From a bacterium (lineage in GTDB: Bacteria; SZUA-182; DTGQ01; JAFGSM01), in the NCBI GenBank assembly GCA_049472335.1, contig JBLIRO010000034.1, positions 1 to 53,575 of the forward strand: a DNA stretch of 53,575 nt, given 5' to 3'. Below are positions 9,554 through 19,961 of the stretch, in pieces. The number at the start of each line of letters is the position of its first letter. Position 1 is the stretch's first letter. Under the pieces are notes generated by a model. The model ran no database searches. It saw nothing but the letters and a program-made list of their open reading frames with translations, and was not told the origin of the DNA. The position numbers and the translations under genes are program-made.

Positions 9554-10230
9554 GTGGTTATTACCCTTTTTACTCCTTTCACTTTGGCTAAGCCGTTTAT
9601 CAGATCATAGTCCAGATTGTTTTTTAACCGAAGTGAAAAATTATAGGTTATCTCATTATCAGGTATCTGTTTAACAAAATTCACCTTCAGGATATTTGCA
9701 TTATGTCCCTTAAAAACCCCTTTGATATCCTCCAGCCCGTCCTTTCTATCTTCCATCTCAATATCAATATGCTGGTACCAGTCCTTTTTCAAGTGGGATT
9801 CTACGGGGATCTTTAAAAAAAGCAAAGTAGCCACAGAGATCAATGTGGCAATAACCGCCGGCACATAATGACCGCATCCCACGGCGAGGCCCAGAGCTGC
9901 TGACACCCATAAACATGCCGCTGTCGTCAAGCCCCAGATACTCCCTTTGCTCTGAATAATGGTACCCGCACCGATAAAACCGATGCCCGTCATTACCAGA
10001 GATGCAACTCTGCTTGGATCCACACCGCTCGCATAGTTGGATGTATTGTAAATCTTGAATATATCATAGAGATGAAGAGATACTATCATGGTTAATGCAG
10101 ACCCGAGGGCAACCAGAATGTGTGTCCTAAGGCCCGCAGGTCTTCCGTGCTTTTCCCTTTCCAGGCCGATAATACCTCCCAGGAACGCGGCCACAAACAG
10201 CCGAAGTGTCAAATCCATAATCATTTTCAT
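9550..10230 (-). CDS. MgtC/SapB family membrane protein
   Basis: GLERE, AGLRTH, DPSRVAS, GIGFIGAG and GLTTAA motifs; C-terminal ACT-like domain. Confidence 0.92.
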   Translation of the reverse strand: MKMIMDLTLRLFVAAFLGGIIGLEREKHGRPAGLRTHILVALGSALTMIVSLHLYDIFKIYNTSNYASGVDPSRVASLVMTGIGFIGAGTIIQSKGSIWGLTTAACLWVSAALGLAVGCGHYVPAVIATLISVATLLFLKIPVESHLKKDWYQHIDIEMEDRKDGLEDIKGVFKGHNANILKVNFVKQIPDNEITYNFSLRLKNNLDYDLINGLAKVKGVKRVITT

Positions 10231-10341
10231 AGCTATTGCCCTCGCAAAGTTAGAATTGAGCTTTGACGAATTCGTCCTTTATACATGGTAAAATGTTTTT
10301 TTGCGGTATTATGGAAATAATAAACGCCCGATTAAAATACT

Positions 10342-11142
10342 TTATTTCCATTTTATAACTTCTCTTTCGAAGTCTATGCTATATTCAAAATCCCTTAAAA
10401 AATTCATTCCTAGCAAGCCATTGTAATAAGAATCGGGAGGGCCCCTGTAATCGATCACACTTACAAGCAAATCTTCTTTGATATAGGGTCCTACCTTTAC
10501 ATAATCCAGCAGAGAAATATCTGTATCGATCTCTGTTCCATCCGCGATCTTTGCCTTGGATTTGACATATTTTGTTATATTCAGTTTATCAGCAATTTGT
10601 TTATGGAGCACTATGCTGTTAGCGCCGGTGTCGAAAGCCAAAAAGGTCTTGATTTCATTACCTTTATAGCCCAATGTGACAGGGATATAAACCTGATCCT
10701 TTTTTATAATAACCTTTGTTTCTTTATCATTAAGAAAAATCCCTATTTCGCCCAGTCCTTCAAGTGGTTTCATAAGATCTTTTCTGCCGGATTGAAAAAC
10801 CTGTATTTCAACAAGCTTAAATCGCATCTTTGAAGAACTATTATCATTGAGATCTTTAATTGCATCCCAAATCAGAATATGGTCGAAGGATTTTAAAATA
10901 GACTTTAAACTGCTTTGCATATCAAGATCTTCGAAAGAGGCTGAAATCTTTGGATTTATCTGAGGATCAATCCTAACGTTTATCCCCATATCAGAGATAT
11001 GCTGCAATATATCCTGAAGTGGGACATTGTCCGCATGAAGGGTAAACTTATCATCCGTTATCTTTATATCAAAAGCGCTTGAATCTGCAATACAGAAAAC
11101 TAAAGAGATCAGGATTAGAATATAAACACATGTTTTTTTCAT
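10342..11142 (-). CDS. Secreted retropepsin-like (clan AA) aspartic protease with N-terminal STN-like domain
   Basis: Signal peptide, FDTGA catalytic motif and GLLGMNFL motif. The N-terminus (LHADNVPLQDIL) resembles STN/secretin N domains. Confidence 0.8.
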   Translation of the reverse strand: MKKTCVYILILISLVFCIADSSAFDIKITDDKFTLHADNVPLQDILQHISDMGINVRIDPQINPKISASFEDLDMQSSLKSILKSFDHILIWDAIKDLNDNSSSKMRFKLVEIQVFQSGRKDLMKPLEGLGEIGIFLNDKETKVIIKKDQVYIPVTLGYKGNEIKTFLAFDTGANSIVLHKQIADKLNITKYVKSKAKIADGTEIDTDISLLDYVKVGPYIKEDLLVSVIDYRGPPDSYYNGLLGMNFLRDFEYSIDFEREVIKWK

Positions 11143-11398
11143 AATCTGTTATGTCAAATATATGGATCTATATCATGTTTTATTATAAGACTAATCTATC
11201 AATTTTTATGACTAATTTCAAAACAAACATCCATGACGATTAACCTCGATAAGGGCATTCAGTAAAAAGAGCCCATGCACCTATTCAATGTGACGCTAAT
11301 CATATAAATATCTTATCAGTTCAAATCAGGTCTTGACATCTGACAATCAATAAAAGACAATCATCTCTTTCAAACATACTTGAAGGGAGGAGAAAATT

Positions 11399-12241
11399 AT
11401 GAAAAAGATATTATGCATATCAGGGATTTTACTTATCCTAACCGTGCTGTTTGTGCCCAAAGCATCAACAACCGATTTCGAATGGACTATAAAAAAAGAG
11501 CTGGAGCTTAAAGCCCCGGCTTTGGATATCTCCCAATCCGAGGACGGGAAATGGATATTCATACTGAGTCCGGGAGAAATCCTTATCTACTCGAATCCTG
11601 AAGATAAAGTAAAAACCAGGATACCGGTTGATAAGGCACTTGACGGTCTTCTATATTACGAATCCAATAATACACTCATTTTGACCAGCAGCAGGGAAAG
11701 AATACTAAAAATAATTCAATTGGAACCAATCGAAAAATTTGATATCTCAGGCTCGCCTTTCAAGGGACCTGAGACAGCTCCCGTCACCATAGTAGTTTTC
11801 GGTGACTATCAGTGCCCATATTGCGCGCGTCTCGATCCAGTTATGGACCAGATAATAGACAAACACTCCAAGAATGCAAAACTTGTTTTTAAGCACTTTC
11901 CATTATCCAGCCATAAGTTTGCCAAAATAGCCGCGCAAGCCGCTCTTTCTGCTGGCATTCAGGGCAAGTTCTGGGAATTCCACAAAAGGTTATTCGAAAA
12001 CTATAATGATCTGGATGAAGCCAAAATACAAGAAATCGCAAAAGGACTAAATCTCGATATGGAAAAATTCAACCAGGATATTAACAACCCCGACATCAAT
12101 AATCTCATTATGAGAGATATCGGTAATGCCCTGGAAGCGGGTGTAAATGGTATTCCTACGATCTTTATTAACGGAAAAGAGGTGAAGAGCAGAAGCCCTG
12201 AAAACATAGAGGCAATGATCAATGAAGAAATAGAAAGGTGA
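11399..12241 (+). CDS. DsbA-family thioredoxin-fold protein
   Basis: GDYQCPYC, KHFPL and GIPTIFING motifs; signal peptide. Confidence 0.9.
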   Translation: MKKILCISGILLILTVLFVPKASTTDFEWTIKKELELKAPALDISQSEDGKWIFILSPGEILIYSNPEDKVKTRIPVDKALDGLLYYESNNTLILTSSRERILKIIQLEPIEKFDISGSPFKGPETAPVTIVVFGDYQCPYCARLDPVMDQIIDKHSKNAKLVFKHFPLSSHKFAKIAAQAALSAGIQGKFWEFHKRLFENYNDLDEAKIQEIAKGLNLDMEKFNQDINNPDINNLIMRDIGNALEAGVNGIPTIFINGKEVKSRSPENIEAMINEEIER

Positions 12242-12319
12242 GCTTCTTCTGCGTCTCATTACCATCTCGACGGCAAAATACGGGTTAAAGATAATGACGT
12301 TTTATGGTATATTTAAAAT

Positions 12320-13303
12320 ATGCCAGCCAATCTGCCGCCAGAATATTTCGAAGCCGAAAAAAGGTACAAGGAGGCAGGGAGCCCTACGGAAAAGATCTCT
12401 GCGCTTGAGGCCCTTATTGCCACCGTACCGAAACACAAGGGCACCGACAAGCTGCGGGCCGACCTGAGGCGAAGGCTCTCAAAGCTAAGGGATGAGGCAT
12501 CTAAAAGAAAAAAATCCGGGAAGGGCGACCTATATACCGTTGAACGGGAAGGGGCTGCACAGGTAGGACTTGTCGGCTTTTCCAATTCCGGAAAATCATC
12601 ATTACTGGCAAGCCTGACTCATGCTCATCCAGTGATCGCGGATTATCCCATGTCAACGGTCATGCCGCTCTCCGGCATGATGCCATTCGAAGATATCCAA
12701 TTCCAGATCGTGGATCTGCCCCCCATAGGGAACAGGTCTACAGATGGATGGGTATCGGGGATTCTTAGGAACTCCGACGCCTTCTTGCTGGTTCTGGACC
12801 TAAGCGAAGATCCGGATATACAGGCTGAGCTTCTCCTTGACCAGATCGATCAGTGGAGGATCCCTATAATGAAAAAAGGAGAAATTAATACATGTATTAC
12901 TGAAAAACACATCAAAAGGATGATCATGATAGGAAACAAGCTCGATCTGGATAACGCGAAAAAAGGATTTGAAACACTTCGCAAAAAATACGGGATCGAA
13001 TATCCGCTTATTGCCGTTTCATCAAAAACCAAAGCAGGAATAGAGGATCTAAGGCACGAAATATTTGAGGTATCTGGAATAATCCGTATATATTCGAAAG
13101 AACCCGGAAAGGAACCAGACCTCAATGTACCTTTTACCCTTCCCCTCGGCTCTACAGTTCTTGATCTCGCAGAGGCAATCCACAAGGAATTCCTTGTAAA
13201 CCTCAAACATGCCTGCGTGTGGGGCTCTTCAAAATTTCCCGGCCAGAAGGTTCATAAAGATCATATCCTTCAGGACAAGGATATCGTAGAATTTCATGTA
13301 TGA
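12320..13303 (+). CDS. DRG/OBG-family GTPase with C-terminal TGS domain
   Basis: PKHKGT, GFSNSGKS, DLPP and NKLD motifs; TGS motif LQDKDIVE. Confidence 0.88.
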   Translation: MPANLPPEYFEAEKRYKEAGSPTEKISALEALIATVPKHKGTDKLRADLRRRLSKLRDEASKRKKSGKGDLYTVEREGAAQVGLVGFSNSGKSSLLASLTHAHPVIADYPMSTVMPLSGMMPFEDIQFQIVDLPPIGNRSTDGWVSGILRNSDAFLLVLDLSEDPDIQAELLLDQIDQWRIPIMKKGEINTCITEKHIKRMIMIGNKLDLDNAKKGFETLRKKYGIEYPLIAVSSKTKAGIEDLRHEIFEVSGIIRIYSKEPGKEPDLNVPFTLPLGSTVLDLAEAIHKEFLVNLKHACVWGSSKFPGQKVHKDHILQDKDIVEFHV

Positions 13304-13658
13304 CCGACAGACATTTTCAGGTCCATAGAACAAAATTTTTAAATTTATAAAATAAATTGTTTTTTTTATTATGACTGGATATAATTAACATATATAGGCG
13401 TGACAGTACCTTCTAATAGCCAGTTCCTTCTTTGTTTACACATCTTGTCGCCACGATCTGAGATATAAAATTCGAGCGCGAATAATGATATCTAAAAAAA
13501 TTATCTTCAATTTTAATGAATCATATAGACATAAATAATAGCATTAAAAAAGAAGCGTGAATCCATCAAAATCTGGGTTTAAGCAACTAAGATGCTAATA
13601 AATAATAGAAATCTAATCAATATAATAGAGACGTTTAGGTTTAAAGGGAGTATCTGAA

Positions 13659-15278
13659 ATGAAAACATTAAGAAATTTATTTTTCATCCATTTTTTTCTG
13701 TGCTTGATACTGTTTTCTGCCTGCGGTGGCAACGAAGGCTCAGGGACACAATCTAATACGTCCGGCAATACCGGATCAGTTGCCCTATTCCTGGCGGATG
13801 GGCCTGCTGATGTTTATGAGGCTATCTATATATGGATAAAGGAGGTCTCCCTGTTGCCCAATGAAGCAAAAGGAGGAGATCCCGTTATCATTTATGAATC
13901 ACAGGACCCTAATGGTTACAAATTAAACATTCTTGATTATGTCGATAATGATTTCCTGTTTACAGTGAAGCATGATATTCCTGCTGGATTCTATAAAAAA
14001 ATCAGACTTAATGTATTAAAAATTGAATCAGAGGGAGGAGAATGCGACCTGGAGCTGATTAAGGTCACCGGCAATAAGATTGATCTTAATCCTCGGGAAG
14101 GCTTTTATGTGAAGGAAGATGCAATTCTGGCAATCAGGCTTGACATCGACGCCGAAAAGTCCATCAACCTTCACCCTGCGGGAGATAAATGTATATTCAG
14201 ACCGGTCGTTTTTGTGGATATTGAAACAATCGAATGGCAGCCCCGCTGTCCCAAGGTCCTTAAAGGCGAAATTATCGATATTATCGAGGAGGATAATAGT
14301 GGAGAGATAGAAGACATTGTCCTTGATCTGCCTGAAAGTAGAGGCACTCTGGATGTTTTTCTTTTGAATGATCCTTTAAACACTACAGTAATATTCGATA
14401 ATGAAGGCAATCCAGGAGGTATTCTTGAACCTGGGCAGACGGTATGGATCAGAGGAAAACTGGATTCACAGGGGGATTTTCATGCCTCAGAGATCGTGAT
14501 CGGGGAGATTGCGGCCCTGAAAGGGACAGTAGATAGTGAAGTATATGATGATGGTCAGGGTCAGCAATTTTCACTAAGACTCGCTGAGAATCAGTTGGTC
14601 TTTGATCCTAATATTACCGTGCAGTTGACGGATGAGACGCTCGTCCTCGCAGGATGTGAAAATGAGGTTGCAGTTGGCGCCATCAATCCTGGTTTGCCTG
14701 TAAAGATCTTCGGAAAATTATCGATCGATAAACAGGTCCTTCGTGCAATAGTCTTATTTCTAAGCCCTGTTTCAGGAGAGCTTGCATCGATGGAATATTC
14801 TGAGTACAGCTCCGGCCAGGATATCATCCAGGGAAGAGACCTGACAATCATAGATGATGAAAACAGAGAGATTACCATATTTCTCCCCGAATCCGCCTCA
14901 ATTTGTCTGGTGGGTGACGGCATAGTTCCATTGAGTCTCCTTTGCGCCGGGATACAGGTGCAGGCCGTTATAAATCCTTACCTGTCAGAGGAATTGAAGA
15001 TTCTTGCTGCCAGCGAACTGAAAATCAGTCCGGAAAATCTCAGCGGTATTGTGGGAGATATCGATAATGATACGAAGGCCCTGATTGTAGATGGAAACAA
15101 TATTCATGTCCAAAATGGAGCAACAATTATGGATCTTAGAGGACAGGTTGTTAGTCTTTTCGATTTTGGAGACGTCAGGGAAAACGACAGAATAAGCTGT
15201 TTCGGTCTCGATGCATGCCCCTCCGATACATCCGGTAATGATTTTTACGCCTTTGTTATTCTGATTGTTAAAGAATAG
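13659..15278 (+). CDS. Lipoprotein, DUF4382-like N-terminal domain plus DUF5666-like OB repeats
   Basis: Lipobox FSAC. LADGP...FRPVV pattern of DUF4382. Repeated G-x-V...V.I.G OB-like segments. Confidence 0.7.
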   Translation: MKTLRNLFFIHFFLCLILFSACGGNEGSGTQSNTSGNTGSVALFLADGPADVYEAIYIWIKEVSLLPNEAKGGDPVIIYESQDPNGYKLNILDYVDNDFLFTVKHDIPAGFYKKIRLNVLKIESEGGECDLELIKVTGNKIDLNPREGFYVKEDAILAIRLDIDAEKSINLHPAGDKCIFRPVVFVDIETIEWQPRCPKVLKGEIIDIIEEDNSGEIEDIVLDLPESRGTLDVFLLNDPLNTTVIFDNEGNPGGILEPGQTVWIRGKLDSQGDFHASEIVIGEIAALKGTVDSEVYDDGQGQQFSLRLAENQLVFDPNITVQLTDETLVLAGCENEVAVGAINPGLPVKIFGKLSIDKQVLRAIVLFLSPVSGELASMEYSEYSSGQDIIQGRDLTIIDDENREITIFLPESASICLVGDGIVPLSLLCAGIQVQAVINPYLSEELKILAASELKISPENLSGIVGDIDNDTKALIVDGNNIHVQNGATIMDLRGQVVSLFDFGDVRENDRISCFGLDACPSDTSGNDFYAFVILIVKE

Positions 15279-15567
15279 GCAGCAGAAAAAGACATATTGG
15301 AATTGCTTATGACAGATGCGCTTGCATATTTTTTCCAGTTTTGTATCATTATTATTTGTCCTGTAAATATCATTTATAATAATGATTAATGATCTTTTTT
15401 GAAATTGTATGATTTTATAAAATAAAAATGAATAAGATAAAATTTTTTGTTGATTTTATCCGACGGGTTATTTTATACTCTTTAATGAGAGATCCAGGTT
15501 TCTATCAATAGATAATATCCTGGGAAGTTGTTTTTTATTATTTAATTTAATTGTTAGGAGGTCAACA

Positions 15568-15780
15568 ATGGCTGACAGTGTTTATAAAATCATAGAGTTG
15601 GTAGGAACAAGTGAAAAATCATGGGAAGATGCCGCGAAAAACGCTGTTGAAATGGCTGGAAAAAAACTCAAGGATTTAAGGATTGCCGAAGTTGTAAAAC
15701 TTGATATGACTGTCGAAGATGGCAAGATTGCCCTTTATCGCGCAAGGGTTAATGTCTCCTTCAAGTATCATGGAAATTAA
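15568..15780 (+). CDS. Dodecin (flavin-binding)
   Basis: VYKIIELVGTSEKSWEDAAKNAV...YRARVNVSFK; SD AGGAGG. Confidence 0.93.
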   Translation: MADSVYKIIELVGTSEKSWEDAAKNAVEMAGKKLKDLRIAEVVKLDMTVEDGKIALYRARVNVSFKYHGN

Positions 15781-15849
15781 TAATTAAAAACATAATATCA
15801 GTTTTGTTCATAATGTTATCTTAAGCTATTTTAAAATATTTTATCTATC

Positions 15850-15879
15850 CCCGCCGGTCACAGAACTGGCGGGTTTTTT
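15850..15879 (+). terminator. Intrinsic terminator
   Basis: CCCGCCGGT/ACTGGCGGG stem followed by T6. Confidence 0.8.
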
Positions 15880-15909
15880 CACGTTTTCCATAAATGAATT
15901 ATATTTAAG

Positions 15910-15970
15910 TTTCACTCCCGGTCCCAAAAGTTTCACTTCTATTCCAATAAATTTCACTTCTAATCCAATA
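15910..15970. promoter_or_regulatory. Three phased direct repeats (TTTCACT core, 21-bp period), putative activator sites
   Basis: Cores at 15910, 15931 and 15952, 50-110 bp upstream of a sigma54 motif. Confidence 0.55.
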
Positions 15971-16018
15971 TGGATGATTATCTTGGATTGCTCTTTTGCT
16001 TCTTATTCATCTTCAATC

Positions 16019-16034
16019 TGGCCTGTTATTTGCA
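16019..16034 (+). promoter_or_regulatory. Sigma54 (-24/-12) promoter for the 16350 gene
   Basis: TGGCCTGTTATTTGCA matches TGGCAC-N5-TTGCW with exact spacing. Confidence 0.7.
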
Positions 16035-16349
16035 TTTGATAATCAGGAAAATTTGAACCCGTACCTTTTAGACATAAAACAACGTCTTTTAAAAAAGGCC
16101 GGGTTCATATCTTCTATGTTTAATCATCATAAGTTTTAATCTTCAAGAAACAGCTAACCTTGTTTGCCATTTAGAGATTAACGGAGACAGATAAATATAT
16201 TGGGATGAATATCGCGACTTAACACAGCTTTTTAAGGGATTGAACATCCATTTTTTTATCCTGAGGAGGTGAGGCCGATGAACTAATATTTCTCTATCAA
16301 TATTCTCTTCAAATTATCTTGAATCAATCCATGGATTAGGGAGTAACTA

Positions 16350-18638
16350 ATGAAAAAAGGCAAAGTAAAATTCAATTATTTTTCTTTAGCTGTTGTGCTT
16401 CTTTTGATAATCTGTATACCGGTTATTGCCGGAGGAGAAGATATAACAGGGGACCTATTAAGCGAGCAAATCTCTAATATTGAAATGTCTGAAATCCCGG
16501 TAAACATCCTTCTTTCTGAAGATCAAAACGAAAACAACAAGAATATTGATTTGTTTGAGATGGGGCCTCTATATGCTCAGATCTTTGAACCATACAGATA
16601 CCTTTTCATAGCTGACTACGAGGTTGGTGAGGATGAAATCAGGGTTACAGATTTAATGCTCAATCCTGAAAACTTCCTGCTTGTTCAGGATCCCAATGAT
16701 CCAAACGATCCTGTTGTGAGATATTGGACTGACCTCGGAGCAGATCCCAATCTTTTCGGGCAAAACGATCCTGCCATGACCGAGGTTTTTGGCAGGGACT
16801 TCATAGTGGATCTCAGTCTGCCTATCTTTGCTGATCCTAATCTGAGAGTAGGCGGATCTGCCATTGAGAGGATCATCCAAGCCGGCACCCTGAGCTGGGA
16901 TTCCACAGTAGGCGGATATGGTGGTGGAGGCATTCAGGCCTTCCTGCTGACACCACTGCCGGTTTATCCCTATGACGGCATGCCCACATATTTGCCGGCA
17001 AGATATGCTGCAATAGAGGCTATTTCAGCACTTGGCAAGCCGTACTTTCAGCCCGGTCTGGTCTTTCTGCTTGAAGGCGCCCTCTGGAATGCGAATGTAA
17101 TACTCTGGCCTAATATTGCTGCCCTTGATTATGTACCGCAGTATTTTGAGGATGTTATCGTTACTATTGAGGTAAGTGACGGGATCTCTTCCGATGTAAT
17201 AATCTTCCCCTTAAGCACTATCAACTACCCATTGGAAAATTATCCGCCTGTACTTCAATTGGACATAGAGGATCAGATTTGCTATGTTGGTGAAATATGT
17301 GAATCTCATGTCAATTTTATCGATCCCGACTGCTTCATCTTTTCCTTGTCTCCGGTGCCCACAACAAGCCATGTGCCGGGATTTCCTATTTCTTCGGATT
17401 TCAGGACTGATATGGATGAATTATTCTGGTCAATGACACTAACCAATGTGCCTCCTGATCAGCAAGGCCCATGGATGGAAAACATTATCAATCCGTATAA
17501 TGGTTTGATAAGCTTCAAGCCTCCATATGAAGGTGTGTACGATGCAATTATCTCCTGTAAGGATGGTCAAGGTGCAACTACATCTGCGGAACTTACATTT
17601 TTTTGCATTACCGGCATGGACACCGATGGTGATGGCATCTACGATTCAATGGATAACTGTCCGCAAGTGCCCAATCCGGATCAGGCCGATATGGATAGTG
17701 ATGGTATTGGTGACGAATGTGATAATTGCCCTGCCACCTATAATCCGGATCAAACGGATACTGATGGGAACGGAATAGGCGATGCCTGTGAAATCAACCA
17801 TCCCCCCATAGCTGATGCAGATGGCCCTTATCGAGGCAGCGAAGGCTCACCGGTTATTTTAAGCGCTAGTGGTTCGAACGATCCTGATGGCAATCCTCTG
17901 CAGTACCGTTGGGATTTCAATAATGATGGCATATGGGACACTGATTGGTCGCAATACCCAAATATAATGTGTACATGGTTGGATGATTATAGCGGTCTGG
18001 CCAAACTGGAGGTGACCGATGGTAAATATTCTGATATGGATACTGCCATTGTCGAAATCCAGAACGTGGCGCCTGATGTTGGACCGGATCAAACGATGAC
18101 GGTAAATGAGCGTGAGCCCGTAATCTTTTCAGGCAGCTTTTCAGATCCGGGCGGAAGGGATACACACACCATAGAATGGGATTTCGGAGATGGCAATTCT
18201 GTATCAGGAACATTGACACCTACACATACATATATGAATAGTGGAATTTACACGGCCACCTTTACGGTAACAGACGACGATGGCGGTGTGGGATCAAAGA
18301 TTATAATTGTCACAGTCAATGATGTGCAATTTCCTCCCGAGGAACAGATAGCCCATATTCTGGACTTCTTGGATAATTCCGTAGAAGAAGGGACATTACA
18401 GGGTACAGGGAAGAATCCTGTTCAGGCGGATATTCAATTAATGCTGTTGAGAAGTAAATTAGATATGGCAGGTAATCTCATAATGGAAGGCAGATTTAAA
18501 GCAGCCTGCCAGCAATTGCAGCAGATCCTTAAACTTATCGATGGTCTGCCCGGCCCCCCGGACTCTGCCACAGGGGATGCAGTTTCAGAGCTGGCAGAAA
18601 TGATAGATGAACTCATAGCAACTTTGAACTGTAAATAA
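16350..18638 (+). CDS. Secreted protein: paralogous core domain + thrombospondin type-3 repeats + two PKD domains + helical C-terminus
   Basis: Signal peptide. Residues from DLFEMGPLYAQIFEPYRY onward are highly similar to the 770 protein. DNCP..PNPDQxD TSP3 repeats and WDF/WDFGDG PKD motifs. Confidence 0.88.
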   Translation: MKKGKVKFNYFSLAVVLLLIICIPVIAGGEDITGDLLSEQISNIEMSEIPVNILLSEDQNENNKNIDLFEMGPLYAQIFEPYRYLFIADYEVGEDEIRVTDLMLNPENFLLVQDPNDPNDPVVRYWTDLGADPNLFGQNDPAMTEVFGRDFIVDLSLPIFADPNLRVGGSAIERIIQAGTLSWDSTVGGYGGGGIQAFLLTPLPVYPYDGMPTYLPARYAAIEAISALGKPYFQPGLVFLLEGALWNANVILWPNIAALDYVPQYFEDVIVTIEVSDGISSDVIIFPLSTINYPLENYPPVLQLDIEDQICYVGEICESHVNFIDPDCFIFSLSPVPTTSHVPGFPISSDFRTDMDELFWSMTLTNVPPDQQGPWMENIINPYNGLISFKPPYEGVYDAIISCKDGQGATTSAELTFFCITGMDTDGDGIYDSMDNCPQVPNPDQADMDSDGIGDECDNCPATYNPDQTDTDGNGIGDACEINHPPIADADGPYRGSEGSPVILSASGSNDPDGNPLQYRWDFNNDGIWDTDWSQYPNIMCTWLDDYSGLAKLEVTDGKYSDMDTAIVEIQNVAPDVGPDQTMTVNEREPVIFSGSFSDPGGRDTHTIEWDFGDGNSVSGTLTPTHTYMNSGIYTATFTVTDDDGGVGSKIIIVTVNDVQFPPEEQIAHILDFLDNSVEEGTLQGTGKNPVQADIQLMLLRSKLDMAGNLIMEGRFKAACQQLQQILKLIDGLPGPPDSATGDAVSELAEMIDELIATLNCK

Positions 18639-18692
18639 GCGTTGAGAAGATTTAAGAAATAGATATTTTTTAAGCTATTGAATTAATGGAAT

Positions 18693-18727
18693 AAAAAAGG
18701 CAGGGTCGGTCAATGGGCCCTGCCTTT
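18693..18727. terminator. Likely bidirectional intrinsic terminator
   Basis: AAAGGCAGGGTC...GGCCCTGCCTTT stem flanked by A/T runs, between convergent genes. Confidence 0.8.
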
Positions 18728-18790
18728 GATTTCATAATGTCACGTTTAACTCAGATCTTGCATTTGAAATCTATTTGAGATATTCCAATG

Positions 18791-19807
18791 TTAACATTTG
18801 TCGACTCTTTTTTTAGGGATTTCCCCTTTATATAATTTTATCAGGATCTTCGCGAGCTTATGAGGATCATGTCTCAATAAATCCTGTTTCTGCCAAAGCT
18901 CCATTTTATCATGGCTTTTATCAACAATATTGCGGACAATCGGGGTAATCCCTAAAGCCTTTATACCATTAATATCCGCTTGCAGGAGCGTTGCTCCCTC
19001 CTCCCGATAATAGCGTTTCAGTAATTTTTCTTCGGGTCTCTCCCTATTGATAATTACATAATCAAGCACACCCTCCCCTAAATACCGGACCACCTCTTCC
19101 ACGTGCTTATTTGCAGTGTAATCATCCGTCTGCCCCGGGTGAGTCATTAAATTACAGATATAGACCTTAATCGCTCTGGATTTCTTTATAGCCATCTGTA
19201 TATCTTTTATAAGAAGGTTACAGATTACCGAGGTATAAAGGCTTCCGGGTCCCAATACGATAAGGTCCGCTTTGAGGAGTGCATCGATACACTCCGGGGA
19301 ACTCTTTACCCCTTCATCCTTCAAGAAAACCCTGGATATAGGACGTTTATTGGGACATCGGATATTGAATTCTTCTTCTATAATTGTCTTGTCATCCAGC
19401 TCAGCGCATATATGAGTATCCTGGAGAGTTGACGGAAGAACTTTCCCCTGAATAGCCAATATCTTGCTTGTCTCGCGGACCGCCTTATCAAAACTTCCGG
19501 TAATCTTTGTAAGCGCCGCAATAAACAGGTTTCCAAAACTCATCCCGTCCAGACCGTCTCCACCCCGGAACCTATATTGAAAGAGATCCTTGAGTATCTT
19601 TTCTGAACTGGCGAGACTTACCAGACAATTCCTTATATCCCCGGGAGGCAGTATCCCCTGTTCCCGCCTTATCCTTCCCGAACTGCGGCCGGAATCGGTT
19701 ACTGTCACAACCGCAGTGATATTAACAGGATATTTTTTCAACCCCCGCAATACTGCCGCCTGCCCGGTTCCCCCACCTACACATACAATATTAGGACATT
19801 TCTTCAT
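18791..19807 (-). CDS. yvcK: YvcK/UPF0052 gluconeogenesis factor (CofD-like)
   Basis: GGGTG, VTVTDSGRSSG, PPGDIRNC, GPGSLYTSV and RHDP motifs. Confidence 0.88.
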   Translation of the reverse strand: MKKCPNIVCVGGGTGQAAVLRGLKKYPVNITAVVTVTDSGRSSGRIRREQGILPPGDIRNCLVSLASSEKILKDLFQYRFRGGDGLDGMSFGNLFIAALTKITGSFDKAVRETSKILAIQGKVLPSTLQDTHICAELDDKTIIEEEFNIRCPNKRPISRVFLKDEGVKSSPECIDALLKADLIVLGPGSLYTSVICNLLIKDIQMAIKKSRAIKVYICNLMTHPGQTDDYTANKHVEEVVRYLGEGVLDYVIINRERPEEKLLKRYYREEGATLLQADINGIKALGITPIVRNIVDKSHDKMELWQKQDLLRHDPHKLAKILIKLYKGEIPKKRVDKC

Positions 19808-19961
19808 AAGTCACCTTTCATGACTTTTCTGCCAATTAAACATCAAAAGGTTCGCTCCTCACAGATCTAAAATTATCAAAAGCCACTGACATAGTCAACT
19901 AAAATATAAGGGAAAGCTGTTTGTTCACATTGAAAACAAAACATTTCTTCCCCCTCTCCGG

